Assembly: GCF_009914755.1 (NCBI RefSeq)
Contig: NC_060926.1
DNA: 64,000 nucleotides
Reading direction: 5' to 3' (one strand)
DNA from: the human T2T-CHM13v2.0 reference genome, Homo sapiens
Numbering within the stretch: position 1 is the first letter of the stretch; every line of letters starts with the position of its first letter. This document shows, in pieces, positions 26,746 to 42,457 of the stretch. Position numbers and translations under genes: made by a program. Under the pieces are notes generated by a model. It ran no database searches. It had not been told where the DNA came from and worked only from the letters and a program-made list of their open reading frames with translations.

Positions 26746-27739
26746 TATTACCAAGGATGTAGAGAACCATTAACATTGCTCATGGGAACGAAAAATGGTG
26801 CTGCCACTGAGGAAAATATTTTGGGGGTTCCTCAAAAAGTTAAACATAGAATTATCATATGACCCAGCATTTCTACTTTTAGGTATATGCCCCCTGAAAT
26901 TAAAAACAGGCACTCAAATACTTACTTGTACCTGAATATTCTTGGCAGCACTATTCATAATAACCAAAAGATGAAAGTAACCCAAATGGCCATTAAGAGA
27001 TGAGTGGAGAGAAAATTTATGTTATATACATATGATAAAATATTCTTCAGCTGCAAAAAGGGAATAACGTTATTGATACATGCTACAACTTAGAGGAACC
27101 AAAAAAAAAAAATCCAAGTGAAAAGAAAACAGAGACAAAAGGGGATATGTTCTATGATTCCATTTGTATAAAATATTCAGGATATATAAATCCATCGATA
27201 CAGAATGCGGATTCATAGTGTCAGAGGCTGGGGGAATGAGGGAATGATGAGTAGCTGCGTAAAGGGTTTGAGATTTCTTTTGGGGGTGACAAAACTATTT
27301 TGGGATGAGACGAACATGGCAGTTGCACAGCATTTTAAATATACTAAATGCCATTGACTTTTCACTCTAAAATGTTTAATATTATATTATAAGTAATTCA
27401 CCTTAACGATGTGGTAGACAAACTAATGTAACTTAACATATGTATGTGTGTGTGTGTGTATATATATTTTTTAAAGAAAAAAGAAGGACAATATAGTTAT
27501 TAAACTAAATATACATATATATACACATTTCAAAAGGAAAGGAGAAAAGGGAATCAAACTAATAATAAAAATTAATATTCCCTTCACTAATAGGCCCACT
27601 CATGCCAACATTAACTTATGCATATTCTTTTTAAATTCTGAAATACGAAGTGAAAGAGTGAAATTATAAAGGCACTCAAGAATTTCAGGTCTAATTAAGT
27701 AACATTCATTTGTGAATGCAAAATAATTTATTTCTTTTC

Positions 27740-27858
27740 TTCTTGTTTTCTTTCTGTGTTTTCCTTCCTTCCTTTTTCCCATGCCTTCCGTATCCTTTCC
27801 CTTCCCTTCTTGCTTGCTTTCTTCCTTTTCCTTCCTTCTTTCCTTCCTTCCTTCCTTC

Positions 27859-27889
<31 letters not shown>

Positions 27890-27955
27890 TCTCTGTTACC
27901 ACTTATATTTAAGGGCAAACTAATATCTCTCTTCCTTGCTCTCTCTCTCTCTCTA
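27740..27955. repeat. Polypyrimidine (TTCC)n/(TC)n low-complexity tract
   Basis: Directly visible. Confidence 0.85.
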
Positions 27956-28184
27956 AGGTATTATTTATATGTGGAAGCAAATATTTCTTTTTTTCTTTCT
28001 CTTTTTGAGAATATATCCACCTGCTTCCTGGGGGGCGATAGGTAGGGAAGAGGATCCTTTCTTACCACAGACCTCCTTCTGCTGCAATAGCTGGTTCCCC
28101 AAATAACAACCCTTCCTTTCACTCCTCATTACCCTTCTTTTTTTTCAAGTACAATGACTTATATTAATACCTTTGTGAATGAGC

Positions 28185-28505
28185 TTCTCTTGTCTGGAAA
28201 GTTCTATCCTTGTTTTTATGTGCCCTTCCTCTGTTTTATCCAAGTCTTTGCCCACATTTCTTATCCAGGAAGTTTGACCATTCTGTATAAAATAGTACTC
28301 TTTTTTTTTTCTGTATTTCCTTACCTTGTTAAATTTTTCTTCTTAGCACTTATTACCATCTGATACATGAGGTTATTTTTAATTGTCTCTCCCTACTGAA
28401 TGTACCTTTGTTAGGAGGGATTTTGTTTGGTTTGCTATTGTATTCTTCTGCTTAACTTATAAAACATGGTAAATATGTATTTTATTGAACCAATGAATTT
28501 ATTGA
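28185..28505 (+). mobile_element. L2 3' fragment
   Basis: tgtctctccctactgaatgtacct...agggattttgtttggttt...ttattgaaccaatgaa. Confidence 0.55.
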
Positions 28506-30212
28506 ACACAGGAGTAAACCAACAAGTGTCTCTTGAGTAACTCTTATTTTCAAGACACTCAACCACACATAGTTGAAATTATTTCAGGAAAAGGAATTCT
28601 AAGCAAAGAAAGGAAATGATAATGTAGTTTTGGAATCAATGAGTTTTACCTGGCTAGAGAAAAATACTCATTCTGGTACGTCTTGTGAAATGAAGCATTA
28701 AATAATTTGTAGGAGCCAAATCATAAAACATTTAATGTTAGACTAAGAAATGCCTGGTATCTCGTTGGCAGTAGGGAGAAGGAAGAAAATTGAACGACAC
28801 AGGAGGGATTCTAACATTAAGGGTTAGGATTCCCTGGAAATGTATGTGCTAAAATTTAGCAGTAGGATACAAGATTCACAGGCCTGGTCAGCAATAAAGG
28901 CTGAAAATATGATGGATGAGAACTTAGATACCCGGTCAGAAAGGAGGCTGACTGTTGGTAGAACACTTTGGATATGATTATAACTGAAATGATGGTGCTC
29001 TTCAGTTCAGAGATTGTGGGAACTGGGAGAAGAGTTGCATTAGAGAATCAAGCTGTTATAAGCTAGAAGTCAAGGCAGAGAAAACAGCGCAGTCAGCAGT
29101 AGATAAGCAAGTATGTGGCAACACAACCAAAGTATCCTGAGATTGAACTATTGAGTATCACAGAAAACCTGATACCATCAGTGTAATCATGTTACGGCAA
29201 TGAAAGAAAACATAAGTTAAAGAAGAAATGGGGAAATAAAGCCCTAAAAATATAAGACCAGATAGACTGAAAAATGCCCTGATTAGGGAGCACTTGAGGT
29301 GCCATTAGCTGTGGACTTTTAGAGCCAGCTAGAGAATATTGCGTGCTAGAATCTGACATAAATTCTGTTCAAAGAGCCTGTTGTATGGGATTTAAGGGAG
29401 ACTTTTTCTTGATTACGTATGGAAATTGAAGTATGGAGTCACTGTATACCTTGTATGAGTGTTAATTTTTTTTTTTATTGTAACAGTCCTAAATGCCCAT
29501 GAAAACCTGAATTTAAGAAGTGGTCGGTAATACATCAGGAAAATTGATAATGTCTAAATAGGAAAAATAAGACCAAACTCAAGTATGGAATTTTTACACT
29601 TTTGTCTTTAAACTTGTAGAAAAAAAAGAATTTACTGTGGATATTTAGCTTTCTAGAAGGTGTGTATATAAAATGCGCCTTAAAAGGAGGATATCAAAAG
29701 TCGTCCTGACACCTAAATATTGCCCCAAATGTTTGTACATTTATCAAGAAGAGTAACCCTTGGTTCAGACTAGCCCTCTAAGAAGGTTGCAATTAAAATG
29801 CACTCATTATCATTCTGAGTTCAGTTTTAATAGGAAATATTGAAAAATGCATCAATTCTTTATCTCTTTGGATTGTGAAATTTGGGAAGAACATATTTTT
29901 CCATGATTGTTAAGATCATTATGGAACTAGACTACAGAAGAGAATAATCAAAAATAAAAAGAAATGGTTGGAAAAATATAACTAAGAAAAACAAATTTAC
30001 ATACAAACATGTCCTCATGTGGTCACTATTACATCACTCTGCTTTGATTCTCTGTATAATACTAATTACTAGCTTATATATATGTTTATAGATCTATTTT
30101 TTATTTGTTCTTTGTGTACCCCACTAGATAACTTCTTTGTTTTTTATTGTATATATAAGTTTATATGATCTTGGAGAATTTAGGAAGCATAATGTTTAAA
30201 AATTAGAACGTA

Positions 30213-30320
30213 GACTGGGCTCGGTGGCACGTGGCTGTAGTCTCAGCTACTCAGAAGGCTGAGGTAGGAGAATTGCTTGAGCCCAGAAGTTCAAGTTCAG
30301 CCAGGGCAACATAATAACAT
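30213..30320 (+). mobile_element. FLAM (free left Alu monomer)
   Basis: gactgggctcggtggcacgtggctgtagtctcagctactc...ttgagcccagaagttcaag..cagccagggcaacata; monomer length. Confidence 0.85.
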
Positions 30321-30618
30321 AATGGAACATTGAATATATTTAACAATATGGCCTAATGTTTCAAGAAATTTCTCATTCCTCTTTAAGGCTAGAGTCTCTG
30401 ACCATGGCCCTGGTTTATTGAAATCAAGTAGCTTAGGGAATCAATAGTCCCTTAGAATATGATTTTCTCCCTCTCAATATTTTATTATTTCCCCTTTCTG
30501 CCTAACCCATCTTTTTTGGAATAGTCTTCTCTCCCTCATGCTAGAAAAATCATTCATTCATTTGTTCTATCTGTCTGTTGATATTCACACATTGATTTAT
30601 TTTTCTGTGTATGTGATT

Positions 30619-30682
30619 TCCTCAGTCAAGAACTAAAATCAGTTATAATCTCCTCAGTCAAGAATTAAAATCAGTTATAATC
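30619..30682. repeat. 32-bp tandem duplication
   Basis: tcctcagtcaagaa(c/t)taaaatcagttataatc x2, 31/32 identical. Confidence 0.95.
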
Positions 30683-30749
30683 CTTGGCTCATGACACATT
30701 ATCATTATGGACATTTTATATATATTCAGGTACTCAGTTATTATTAATT

Positions 30750-31285
30750 ATTAGAACCCACTACCCCAAACAAAAGCTTGAAATTGTATAATACTCTATA
30801 TTTATTTCATTATGTAATAATCCTTTAGTAACTTGTCCTCCAGGATCCACCTCCATCTAAGGGAATGATCACCCAAATCCCATGTTCATCTTGCCATTAT
30901 GTTTCTTTGTATGTGTTTCTTATTGCATAACAAGTGCCCTTAAAAATTTTTTTTGTAATTTAGTTTTTTAACTTTGCAAAAAACAGGTAATATGTAATCT
31001 TTTGAGACTTATCTTTTTGTATTATGTAGCTAATATTTATCCATATTGTCATGTGTGCCTATAGTTTATTTTAAATGTTATATACTAATTTCATTGTGTG
31101 AATACAGCAGAGCTCATTCATTCACTTCACCTTTTGTTGATGAGTATTTTATTATTTATATCTTTAAAAATTATTATTATAAACTGTACTGTTATGAACA
31201 TTCTTGTGCATATCACATATCGTATCTGACATTTAGTTATTCATGTTATGCATATTTGTTGGGTACCTACTAAGAATAGGCATCA
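30750..31285 (-). mobile_element. Ancient L1ME 3' fragment
   Basis: atttatccatattgtcatgtgtgcctatagttt...ctgttatgaacattcttgtgcat...tgggtacctactaagaatagg. Confidence 0.6.
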
Positions 31286-32915
31286 TACAATATGCTGGAG
31301 GAAGAATGGAGATGAGAAGAAAGTAAATTGTCATGAAATTTGCAATAAAGAGAGTGTTCTCTCTGACCATAAATGTTAGGTGACACAATAAGCTTGTTCT
31401 CTTAAGAAAATTTGATTAAAACATTCTTCTTGTGTTACATGAAAATAAAAGAAAAGATAGAAAGAGAAAGAGAGGAAGGAAGAAAGGAGGAAAGGAAGGA
31501 AGGATGGACTGAGGGTGGCGGCAACATTGAACTTAAAGAACCGAGCTAAAATGAATTGTCCTTAGCAATTACTTTCCATTTTTCTTTAGTTGTAGAAATT
31601 TTTGTGAGTGGGTTTTCTTATTAATCTCATAACATATTATATAAGCAGTCAGACTATGACCTTGTAAAGCTCATCAATCTTCTTTAAGACTGAAAAAGAT
31701 TTAGTGCAGGTATTTTTTTTTCAAGCCATGTTGTAGATTTAAAAATTTTTATTACAAGCTGTTAGCAAATCAGTGGACAGTTAGGCACACTGATCCAAAC
31801 TGATAAACTAGAAGGAGTGCTGCTGTCCCTATGGAATTTCTTTCAAGTAATAGGAAAAACTTGCTGAGAACACTTAAATCATCAAAGACAGATTAGGTAG
31901 ATGAATATGTGACTTATACTTTTTTCCAATATATAAGAAGACCATTTCCTGATAAACTTATCATTTCAAATGCTGCCAACCGAAACCTTAACTGTTCTTT
32001 GTTCTTCTGTTGGAGAGAAATGGAAAGAGAACTGAGTGGAATGAGGGTATGTGTAGGAAGCTGCAGTAAGTCTTTTAAGGATCCTCCTAGGAAGACCCAT
32101 AGCTTGCCCAAGGAATGAGTCTGACTCTCTCTGAATGCTTGTGTAATTTATCCAGGCAGAGCAGATCAGTGATTCTTCTCTAATCCTGTAAGGCTTGTAA
32201 TAGCCTTCTCTCCCTCATATTACAAAACCCATTCATACTTTTGTTCTGTCTGTCCATTATTATTCATACACTGATTTATTTTTCTGTATGACATTGTCCA
32301 TCTAGCTATATCTACATCTATCAATGTCTATTTATATCATCTATCTGTATATCATATCACGTCATATATATCACATATCTTGCATTCTCATGTGTTAGTG
32401 ATCCTGGCTGGACTAAGAGTTTCTCAAGAGCAAAACTCATGACTTGACCATATTTTTATTTATTTCACTACTTTACACTATTCAAATGCCTACTTTATGT
32501 CTGACATTGGCCTACATTTTAGTATATAAAGCTTGTATGTTTGGCTTTGTTGTAGTTAGAATTCCATTTCCTACATTTTTAATCACATATTTCCTCCTCT
32601 TGTAGTTGGGCCCTCACTGCCTCATCTGATCAAAACTTGCTTGATGACAGCCCTACTCAGACCAAAGTTAAGGAAAAACATTACTGGGAGGCATAAAGTC
32701 TTATTTTGCCAATATAAGATGATTTAAACCTTGATAGAGCTGGTGATTTCAGAGAATGAAGACTGCAAATCACTGACTAAAACCTCTCAAACAAATATTT
32801 CAGAGAACATGTTTGGGAAGAATGCTCTAAGGGAAAAAAGAAAAATAAATTCACTTCTAACACTCATGGAACACTTTCATGTTTACAAAGCATTTGTTGA
32901 GTCCCATGTTATATA

Positions 32916-33323
32916 TAGATGCTCTTTGACTTATGGTGGGGTTATGTCCCAATAAACTCATCAAAAGTTGAAAATATCATAAGCTAAAAATGCATTTAAT
33001 ACATCTTACCTACAGAACATCATAGCCAAGCCTACCGTAAATGTGCTTAGAAAACTTACCTTAGCCTGTTACAGTTGGGCAACCATCTGGCAATGCAGTA
33101 CACGGTAGCACACAGGTTGTTTACAGTAGTGATCACATGCTGACTGGGAGCTGTGGCTAGCAGCCTCTGTCCAGCATCACTAGAGAGTATGGTACAGTAA
33201 ATCACAAGCCCAGGAAAAAATCAAAATTCAAAATGTGAATTATGGTTTGTACTAAATGTGTATTGCTTTCACACCATCGTAAAATCAAAAAAATCTTAAA
33301 TCAGTGTAAGTCAGGACAATCTG
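32916..33323. mobile_element. MER47 (Tigger5-derived) DNA transposon
   Basis: TIRs tagatgctctttgacttatggtgggg ... gtaagtcaggacaatctg flanked by TA; internal gctgactgggagctgtggct. Confidence 0.85.
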
Positions 33324-34719
33324 TAGTTCTTTGAGGCAAGAGGAGGGAAACATTCCCATTCTAGAAAGGAAAAATTTAGTTTTATATTTGGCAAAATGCT
33401 ATCTTGGCTAGAATGTAAGTCTACCCGTTTGAATTCCAAGACAGCTTCTAAGGCACAACTTTGTACTTAGTGTCGATTGTGTTGAACTTTTCCCTTCCCC
33501 AGGAGAATTATCTCCTTAAGCGTAAGTTCAGCATGCTGGGATAATCACAGAGTGAGACAGATGCAGAAAGAACTGTGTTCTGTTTTGTACAATCTACTTC
33601 TTATCTATGTGAAAGAGAGTTTGGATTTAAGAATCATACAAAATGCTGAGCAGATAAAACACGTTGGGACATCTGAGGAAAGACTCTGGACAGGTGAATT
33701 CAAGTTATTCTGTGGCTCTTATAATAGCAATTTATTATGAACTATTATAGTACCAAGAAAGTATTTGATTGCAAAAGCTATATTTTAAAACAACTGAGGG
33801 TAGAACGAGCCGAAGAACATCAAAACAGAGTTAGCTCAAGAGAGTCAAGAAACATTTTACTCATTTTTTTTCCCCAGAAGATAGGCTTTGAACCTAGTTC
33901 CGCCTGTGCTTTTTTCAAGATTATGGTCAGACACAACTGAAAGGGATTGGGGAGAACCTTAAGGCCAAACCCACTGATTCAAAAAGTAAGACACTAGGGC
34001 CAAGGGAGGATAGCTTGATATTTACAGTAACTTAGCATTGTTGTCTTAAAGGCCTTTTGTGAATGTTTAACTACCACACACAGGCACACGCACAAACATG
34101 TGGAAAACAACACATAGGGATCGGTCACATGTGGTATCCTACAGTGTCAAAATGCATTTATGCAGACTTCTAAGGATAGATTCCCTCTCATACTATACTG
34201 ACTTGGCTGATTCTAAACATTCTACGATTAGGTCATTTTGATGCTTCCAGGTTCTCATCAGATATAACAATAGAATGTTGTGTTATTTTAGATTGGAAGA
34301 GTCTTCATCCAAATTGGAAAAATGATAAAAGGATGCTTTCTACAAAACATTACCAAAAGAAAGAAAAAACAGCCAACTGTGCAATACTAAAGATATTACT
34401 CTGCCCTGGAGTCTATTGGCCCTGACATTCCTCAGAAAAGCATAAGGATCTCTTGGGTACAATCCTGTTCTCTATTCTTTTAATATGAAACAAAGAGATG
34501 TATTTGTTATAAGGCAGTGTTTTAAATTTCTATTTATTGTTTACATATTTTTCAATCAGCAGAAACTTTTTATCAAACAGTTTTTGCTTCAATGAAAGCC
34601 CAATATGTATGACAGAAAAAAGTACAGCTCGTTGGGTTGAAGCTGAGAGAGGGCAAGCATCAAACCCCACCTTCTTGTCCCCTTATCCATTCATGACAGT
34701 CTCAAGAGTGGATCTTTTA

Positions 34720-34895
34720 CTGCGATGGTACTCAAAGTGCAATTCCCAGATGAGCCGCATTACTGTCATCTGGACACTTCTTGGAAAAGCTAGACCTGCT
34801 AATCAGAAACTCTTGGGGTTAGATCCAACGCTCTGGGTTTGTATAAGCCCTCCAGATAATTCTGATGCATATTTGGGTTTGAGAAACTCTGTTTG
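34720..34895. mobile_element. MER5A
   Basis: ggtactcaaagtgc...agacctgctaatcagaaactcttgggg...aagccctccagataattctgatgca...gtttgagaaactctg. Confidence 0.75.
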
Positions 34896-34929
34896 ATGAT
34901 TCAAAACTTGGTTACCACTGGTGTAGCAA

Positions 34930-35135
34930 GTATAATCGAATCCTGGACTAAGAGGCAGAGGATATAAAATATAATTATGGATCAATTAATCTATAATATG
35001 AACTTGAGAAAGTCATTGAATCTCTTTAGGCCTCTGTTTTTGTGTACTATTAAGTTGGTGCTAGCTTTCATATCTTCCTAATGGATAGTGTGAGAATAGT
35101 AAAAACTTTGAAAATTTAAAAGTATTTTACATGCA
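34930..35135 (+). mobile_element. MIR fragment
   Basis: atgaacttgagaaagtcattgaatctctttaggcctctgtttt. Confidence 0.55.
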
Positions 35136-35399
35136 AGAAATGTCAAATACATCAATGTTGTAGAAGAGAGCAACTAGAAATAGACTCATCTTTATATAGG
35201 AATTGCATATCATTAGTGTGATTTATTCAAATTGATGTATTGGGGCATGCATTTAAAGGTAAAATTCATAATTTTAAATACATAATTCAAAAAATGAACA
35301 CAATAAAAATTCTAGGGTTCTTAAATATTTAACCATTAAGAATACTTAGTTTTACTCAGTGTACTTCAAATATTTATTGAGTAAATTCAATGTACCAAG

Positions 35400-35610
35400 A
35401 CAGAACAAAGTTAATATTTATTGATTATTTGTATGCCTAAATGCATACATTATTTGTTTAATCCTCACTACCAATCTATTTGTTAATTGTAATTATTATT
35501 TATGTTAGACAGATATGGAAATTGAGGCTTACATAGGTTTTATAATGTGCCCAAAGATATGTAACTATTGAGTGGTGAACACCAGGTTAAAATAAGTCTA
35601 ATTTTATGCA
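35400..35610 (-). mobile_element. MIR fragment
   Basis: tttaatcctcac...acagatatggaaattgaggcttacatagg..tgcccaaagat. Confidence 0.6.
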
Positions 35611-35661
35611 AGTTTTTTTTTTATAACTGCTCTGTTTATAAAATTATAGAGCCTAATTTGA

Positions 35662-35997
<336 letters not shown>

Positions 35998-36089
35998 GAC
36001 CTTTTAAGATTTTCAAATTTCTAATTATTGAACTGATTGACCTTGAACTTGGCAAATTTAAAAATATGAGAAAACTACTAAAAATTGTT

Positions 36090-36850
36090 TTTATATAATT
36101 ACAGTAGAGAGAAGGTCTTTATAAATAAAAACCAAAACCCAAACACCAAGAAAAGACACATTGGTAATGTAAACATTCCAATTTTAATACACTGAATGAT
36201 ATCTTAAGCAAAGAAGAGACTGCAAGGAAAAAAGTCTATTTGTAAGTATTTCACATATAGGAAGGACTAAGATTTATAACACATAGGAACTTCTGTAAAT
36301 GAATAAGAAAAAATGTTGAACAACTTAATAGTAACATTAGCAAACTTACAGAAAGGAAATTAACAGTAGAAATGTAAATCTTTAATAACTATATAAAATG
36401 AGGTTTGTTCTCATGATCTAAGGGATTCCTATGAAAACAATAATGCTAAAAATTAACAAAAATTAGACATTACATATATTCAATATTGTTTAGGGCATTA
36501 GAAAACAGATCCTTTCATATATTATTTCTAAGAATGTAAATTTGAATAGATGTTTCGGATAGAAAATGAAAGTAGACATTTGTCAGTAACTGTGAAACTA
36601 TAAGTTAACATATTATTTGAGCCATAAATTGCCTTTTGTAGACATATTCTAATGGAAGTGTTGCATAGGCCTTCACAGACGTATTTTCAAGGAGTTTATT
36701 TGTAGCCATGATTGTAGAAGCAACATCTAGGAAAAAATTCCCTTAGTTACTAAATTATTAAAATATTATTTTATCTCACATTATTAAAAATTATATAGTC
36801 ATCACAACAGGTTGATATGAATCTAACATAGAAAGATACCCATATTAAAC
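36090..36850 (+). mobile_element. Ancient L1ME fragment
   Basis: Highly degenerate ORF2-end/3'UTR motifs (gaaaacagatcctttcatatattatttctaagaatgtaaattt...tttatttgtagccatgattgtagaagc). Confidence 0.55.
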
Positions 36851-37404
36851 CAGAACCACTAAATCAAGTCAAAAACATTGGCAAATGATATGAGTTTATT
36901 GACCTCATTCAAAACATTTTTACATACTTACATGCACATGAAATTCATATACATTCAAAGAAAGAGAAATATAAATCATGTTGTATGTGCATTTGTTTTT
37001 GACATCAGGCGAATAAATTTTAATACTGTCCATTCTTCTTTCAGATAAAACTAGAAGGAGGGATACCTGTGTAAGATTTTGATTATGTTTCAGAAAATAC
37101 ATCATGTTGAACTAGCTGTGAATAATTAAAGCTTCTAAGGTGGAGGTATGGTATGAGTTGTTCTCTGTTTGGTAAAGCACCTAATGAATTATATTTATCC
37201 TCTCATCATGCACAAAAGCAGCTCTTGTCAAGGCCAGTGATAATTTTCCACTGAAAAAAATGGTGGATGGATTTTTGGAGTTATCCTATTTATTAGTAAA
37301 TTTTAAGTGGTTGCTTGCACTGTAGGTTTTTCTCTATTATGGTAAAGCTTCAGTGAAAGTCTTATTCATAAAACTCCCTTGTATCAGTAGCACTTAGAAA
37401 AGTG

Positions 37405-38960
<1,556 letters not shown>

Positions 38961-40199
38961 AAGAAGACTGAAAAGACTTTTTTTATGATATTGATAACAG
39001 TACTATTTATAATACCAATAAATTAAAATTATTTAAATTCCTAGCAAAAATGTAATATTATTATACATCTAGTTGAATAAATATTTATACCAAAAAATAG
39101 AAAAAGGAAATAAATAAAAATCAAGTCTGTAATGGAAAAATCACCCCAGAAAAGGAGCAATAATCAGTTAGGCAATACTACACAATTCTAAGTTGTGCTG
39201 TTTATTTACAACTTGATATGTGCTGGAGAAAGAAATTCATTCCTAAGATGGAGAATTCATTAGAAGAAGAAAACTGGAGCAAGAGGTAACTAGAAGAAAT
39301 GTAAAGACTTTATAATTCTCAGACGTATTTGGGAAAATCTTTACATGCATTTCACACTGAGCCTATTTTACCTCAACAATTAAAATCATAAAAATTAAAA
39401 ACAGGATTATGAATATAAGTATAAAATATTACTCAAAATTCCCTATTGTTCTGCACTCTTGTGCCCCTGCTGGTATATCATTAATGAATGTTCTCACATA
39501 ACGTACCTAATCAGCCCTGCTTTGTTGCTCGGGACAGAGAAGGGCCCTGGCCCTGGTTAATATATGAACTGTTCTCTCTACAACACTCTTAATACCTTGA
39601 TTCCCTTTGGGGTTATCCACAAAATTGCAGCTCTGTGCCAGCAACCCCACCACTTCTCTGGTCCTTCACTGAGTATCCAAGTACTTCTGGGGGAAAGCAT
39701 CAAACCAAGCAGATCTGTGTCATTAGAAATTCATAATCCTTGAAGTAGGTTCAAAAGTCCCCTATCCAACTTTTCCATATCTCACTCTCAGATGACCATG
39801 ATGCCTACTGTATGGGCAAGAGAAGAGTTTTTTATAAATGATCTAACCAATTTTCAGTAGTTCCACCTATTAACTCCTTCTGTCTCTTTTCCTTTTTTTT
39901 CAATGTAATAAAAATATCTCCACGCTGTGCCTAGAACCCCATTTTATTTACTTCTGTTTTTTTTTAAATTTATACAGTCCAAGTATTTGAACACCTCTTT
40001 ATATTTCTTTTCAATCCTATTCCCTCTCCTTTATTCTCAAAGTCAACAACTACGTGTTTGAACCTATAAAGTCTACATTAATTCCTTTTAAAATGAATAT
40101 CATTCTCTTTTGCGTGTTAAGGCTGTAACTTTTGTATTGTTCCCCTCTCTTTTGTATCTCTTGCCACCCCTTGCCCCTGGTTATTTCCATTAGCATATA

Positions 40200-40520
40200 A
40201 CATCCATCTTAAGAAGAATTCAAAATTCATATTTCCTGCAGCTACTTCCACAATTTTCTATTCCCATTTATAATACTCTGTGAAAGAACAGAAAGAAAAC
40301 TGCTATGTGCACTTCTTTTTGTGCCTTTCTCAATCTGTTTCCCTACCCCTCTACAGAAATTGGTGTTGTCCAAGACACCAATCAGGTGCACAATGTCAAA
40401 TTAAGCATTCATTGTCTGTACTTCATAATACTTGACCTACTAGCATTAGATTTTGCTGCTCATTCTCTTCTTGAAACAGTTTATATGGATTCTGGAACAC
40501 CACACATTTCTAGTTTGATG
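40200..40520 (+). mobile_element. L2 internal fragment
   Basis: gttgtccaagacaccaatc...acttgacctactagcattagat...cattctcttcttgaaaca. Confidence 0.55.
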
Positions 40521-40631
40521 TATATTACATTGAATTTTCTATGTAGATAGATGATTGTGGTGCCTGAAAATAATCACCATTTTATCTTTTCCCTCCTAAA
40601 CCTCATACCTCATCTTTTCTCTTGAATTATT

Positions 40632-40937
40632 ATTTTTTATTTTTTTTATTTTTTTGAGATGGAGTCTCGCTCTGTCACCTAGGCTGGGGTGCAGTGGTGT
40701 GATCTCAGCTCACTGAAAGCTCTGTCTCCTGGGTTCACGCCATTCTCCTGTCTCAGCCGCCCAAGTAGCTGGGACTACAGGTGCCCACCACCACACCTGG
40801 CTAATTTTTTGTATTTTTAGTAGAGACAGGGTTTCACCATGTTAGCGAGGATGGTCTCGATCTCCTGACCTTGTGATCCACCTGCCTTGGCCTCCCAAAG
40901 TGCTGGGATTACAGGTATGAGCCACCGTGCTCACCCC
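40632..40937 (-). mobile_element. AluY/Sc-like (CpG-decayed)
   Basis: Full dimer (gggttcacgccattctcc, gttagcgaggatggtctcgatc); TSD cttgaattatt (40621-40631, 40938-40948). Confidence 0.95.
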
Positions 40938-41884
40938 CTTGAATTATTGTAATATAAAGGAAATATGAAATCCGATGGTGATAACAAAAATCCCAAGCCT
41001 TGTTTCTGACATACAGCACATGTACCACTTCTCATTAATTTTTTTGTCATGGGGTATGTGGCATTTATCAAGTTAAGGAACTTTGGTTACATTTGTGGTT
41101 TTGGGAAGTTTGAAAATATAAAGAAAAGATGAACTTCAGAAAATAAATTTCATGAATCTGTTAAGACCATGATAACATTTATTTCTTTATTTTTTTTTTC
41201 TGAAACAACTTGTATAAGATTGAGATTATATGTATTGCTTGAGCATTTGCTAGAATCCACCCATAAAATTACTAGGCCTAGGGTAGATAATGCATTCCGA
41301 CATTATTTTCTTTACTGCTTATTGTTTTTTTCTTGAGTCACTTTCTGTTCTCTTTAGAGAAAAAATTCCTTATGTAAGTGTCCCACCATGACCCAAAGGC
41401 AGAGACAAAGAAGTCTTTTGTCACGGTATTTTTGTTGCATTTTGTTTCTGTTCTCCTCATTCAGACTTTCACTGAAATTATAGCCTTCTGAGAGTTCCAA
41501 TTTGATGCAGGTTTCTTAATTTGCCCCCCATCCTTTCTTGTTTTTGGCTCTAGGACTTGTCACCTGCCTCCTGTGGTGACCATTCTAGGTCTGCACTGCT
41601 GTTAGTAGGACAGTAGTTCTGGCTTTAGTTACGCTAACCACTCTGGATTCCAGTCCCAGCTTCATTTTTCATCTCCATGGATTCTTTTTGACTTGCCTTC
41701 CAGCTCAGCCATGCAAGTGAAATTATGTTGCTATATATGAATTTCTGATTTGTCCAAGAGCTAATCTGTCAGATTATACAATGCAGAAGTTCTGTTTACT
41801 ATTACTTTTCTAAAAATACTTTTTATAATAATTTCAAGTATGTAGCTAAGAAAGCAGTGACATCCTTCCAGCATCCTATTTATT

Positions 41885-42335
41885 TTTGTTTAAAATTTTT
41901 TCTTTAAATAGTAAAATATATTGTAAAGAGTATATGAAATATGTAACTACATTTTAAAGAAAAACCAATAAAGAGAATACCTGTGTAGCCATCACCTAGA
42001 CTAATAAACATGTATCACTTTCACCCCAGAAGTCCCTCTGTGCCTGTCAACAATCATAGCCTCATCCAAACCCCTCCATCAGATGGTCACTCTTCTGGCT
42101 CTTAAGTTGATAATTCCCTGAAGTTTCATTATAGTTTTACCACTTGTTTGTGTATCCCTAAACAATATATGTTAATTTTGCCTGGCTTTTAAATTTATGC
42201 AAGTGTTATTTAGCTGTACTTCTTCTTTATTTATTTTGTTGAACACTATCAAGATGTTTAATCTCATACCAATATGTGCAAGTGTGATTCATATATTGTA
42301 TATTTCATTTTATCGGTTATTTATTGAAAATTATA
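41885..42335 (-). mobile_element. Ancient L1ME 3' end
   Basis: gaatacctgtgtagccatcaccta...caccccagaagtccctctgtgcc...tatagttttaccac...tgtatccctaaacaatat. Confidence 0.65.
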
Positions 42336-42457
42336 AGGATTGTTTATATATACAAACATTTATATATTGTATATATAAATACATATAATGCAATAAAAAC
42401 ACTAATATAAACTATCTAAACTTATCTTCTGGTACAAGACTTGTCTGAGGTAATGAG

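Noticed and set aside
27600-28045. K/E/R-rich and F/S/L-rich ORFs
   Set aside because: Derived from the polypurine/polypyrimidine low-complexity tract
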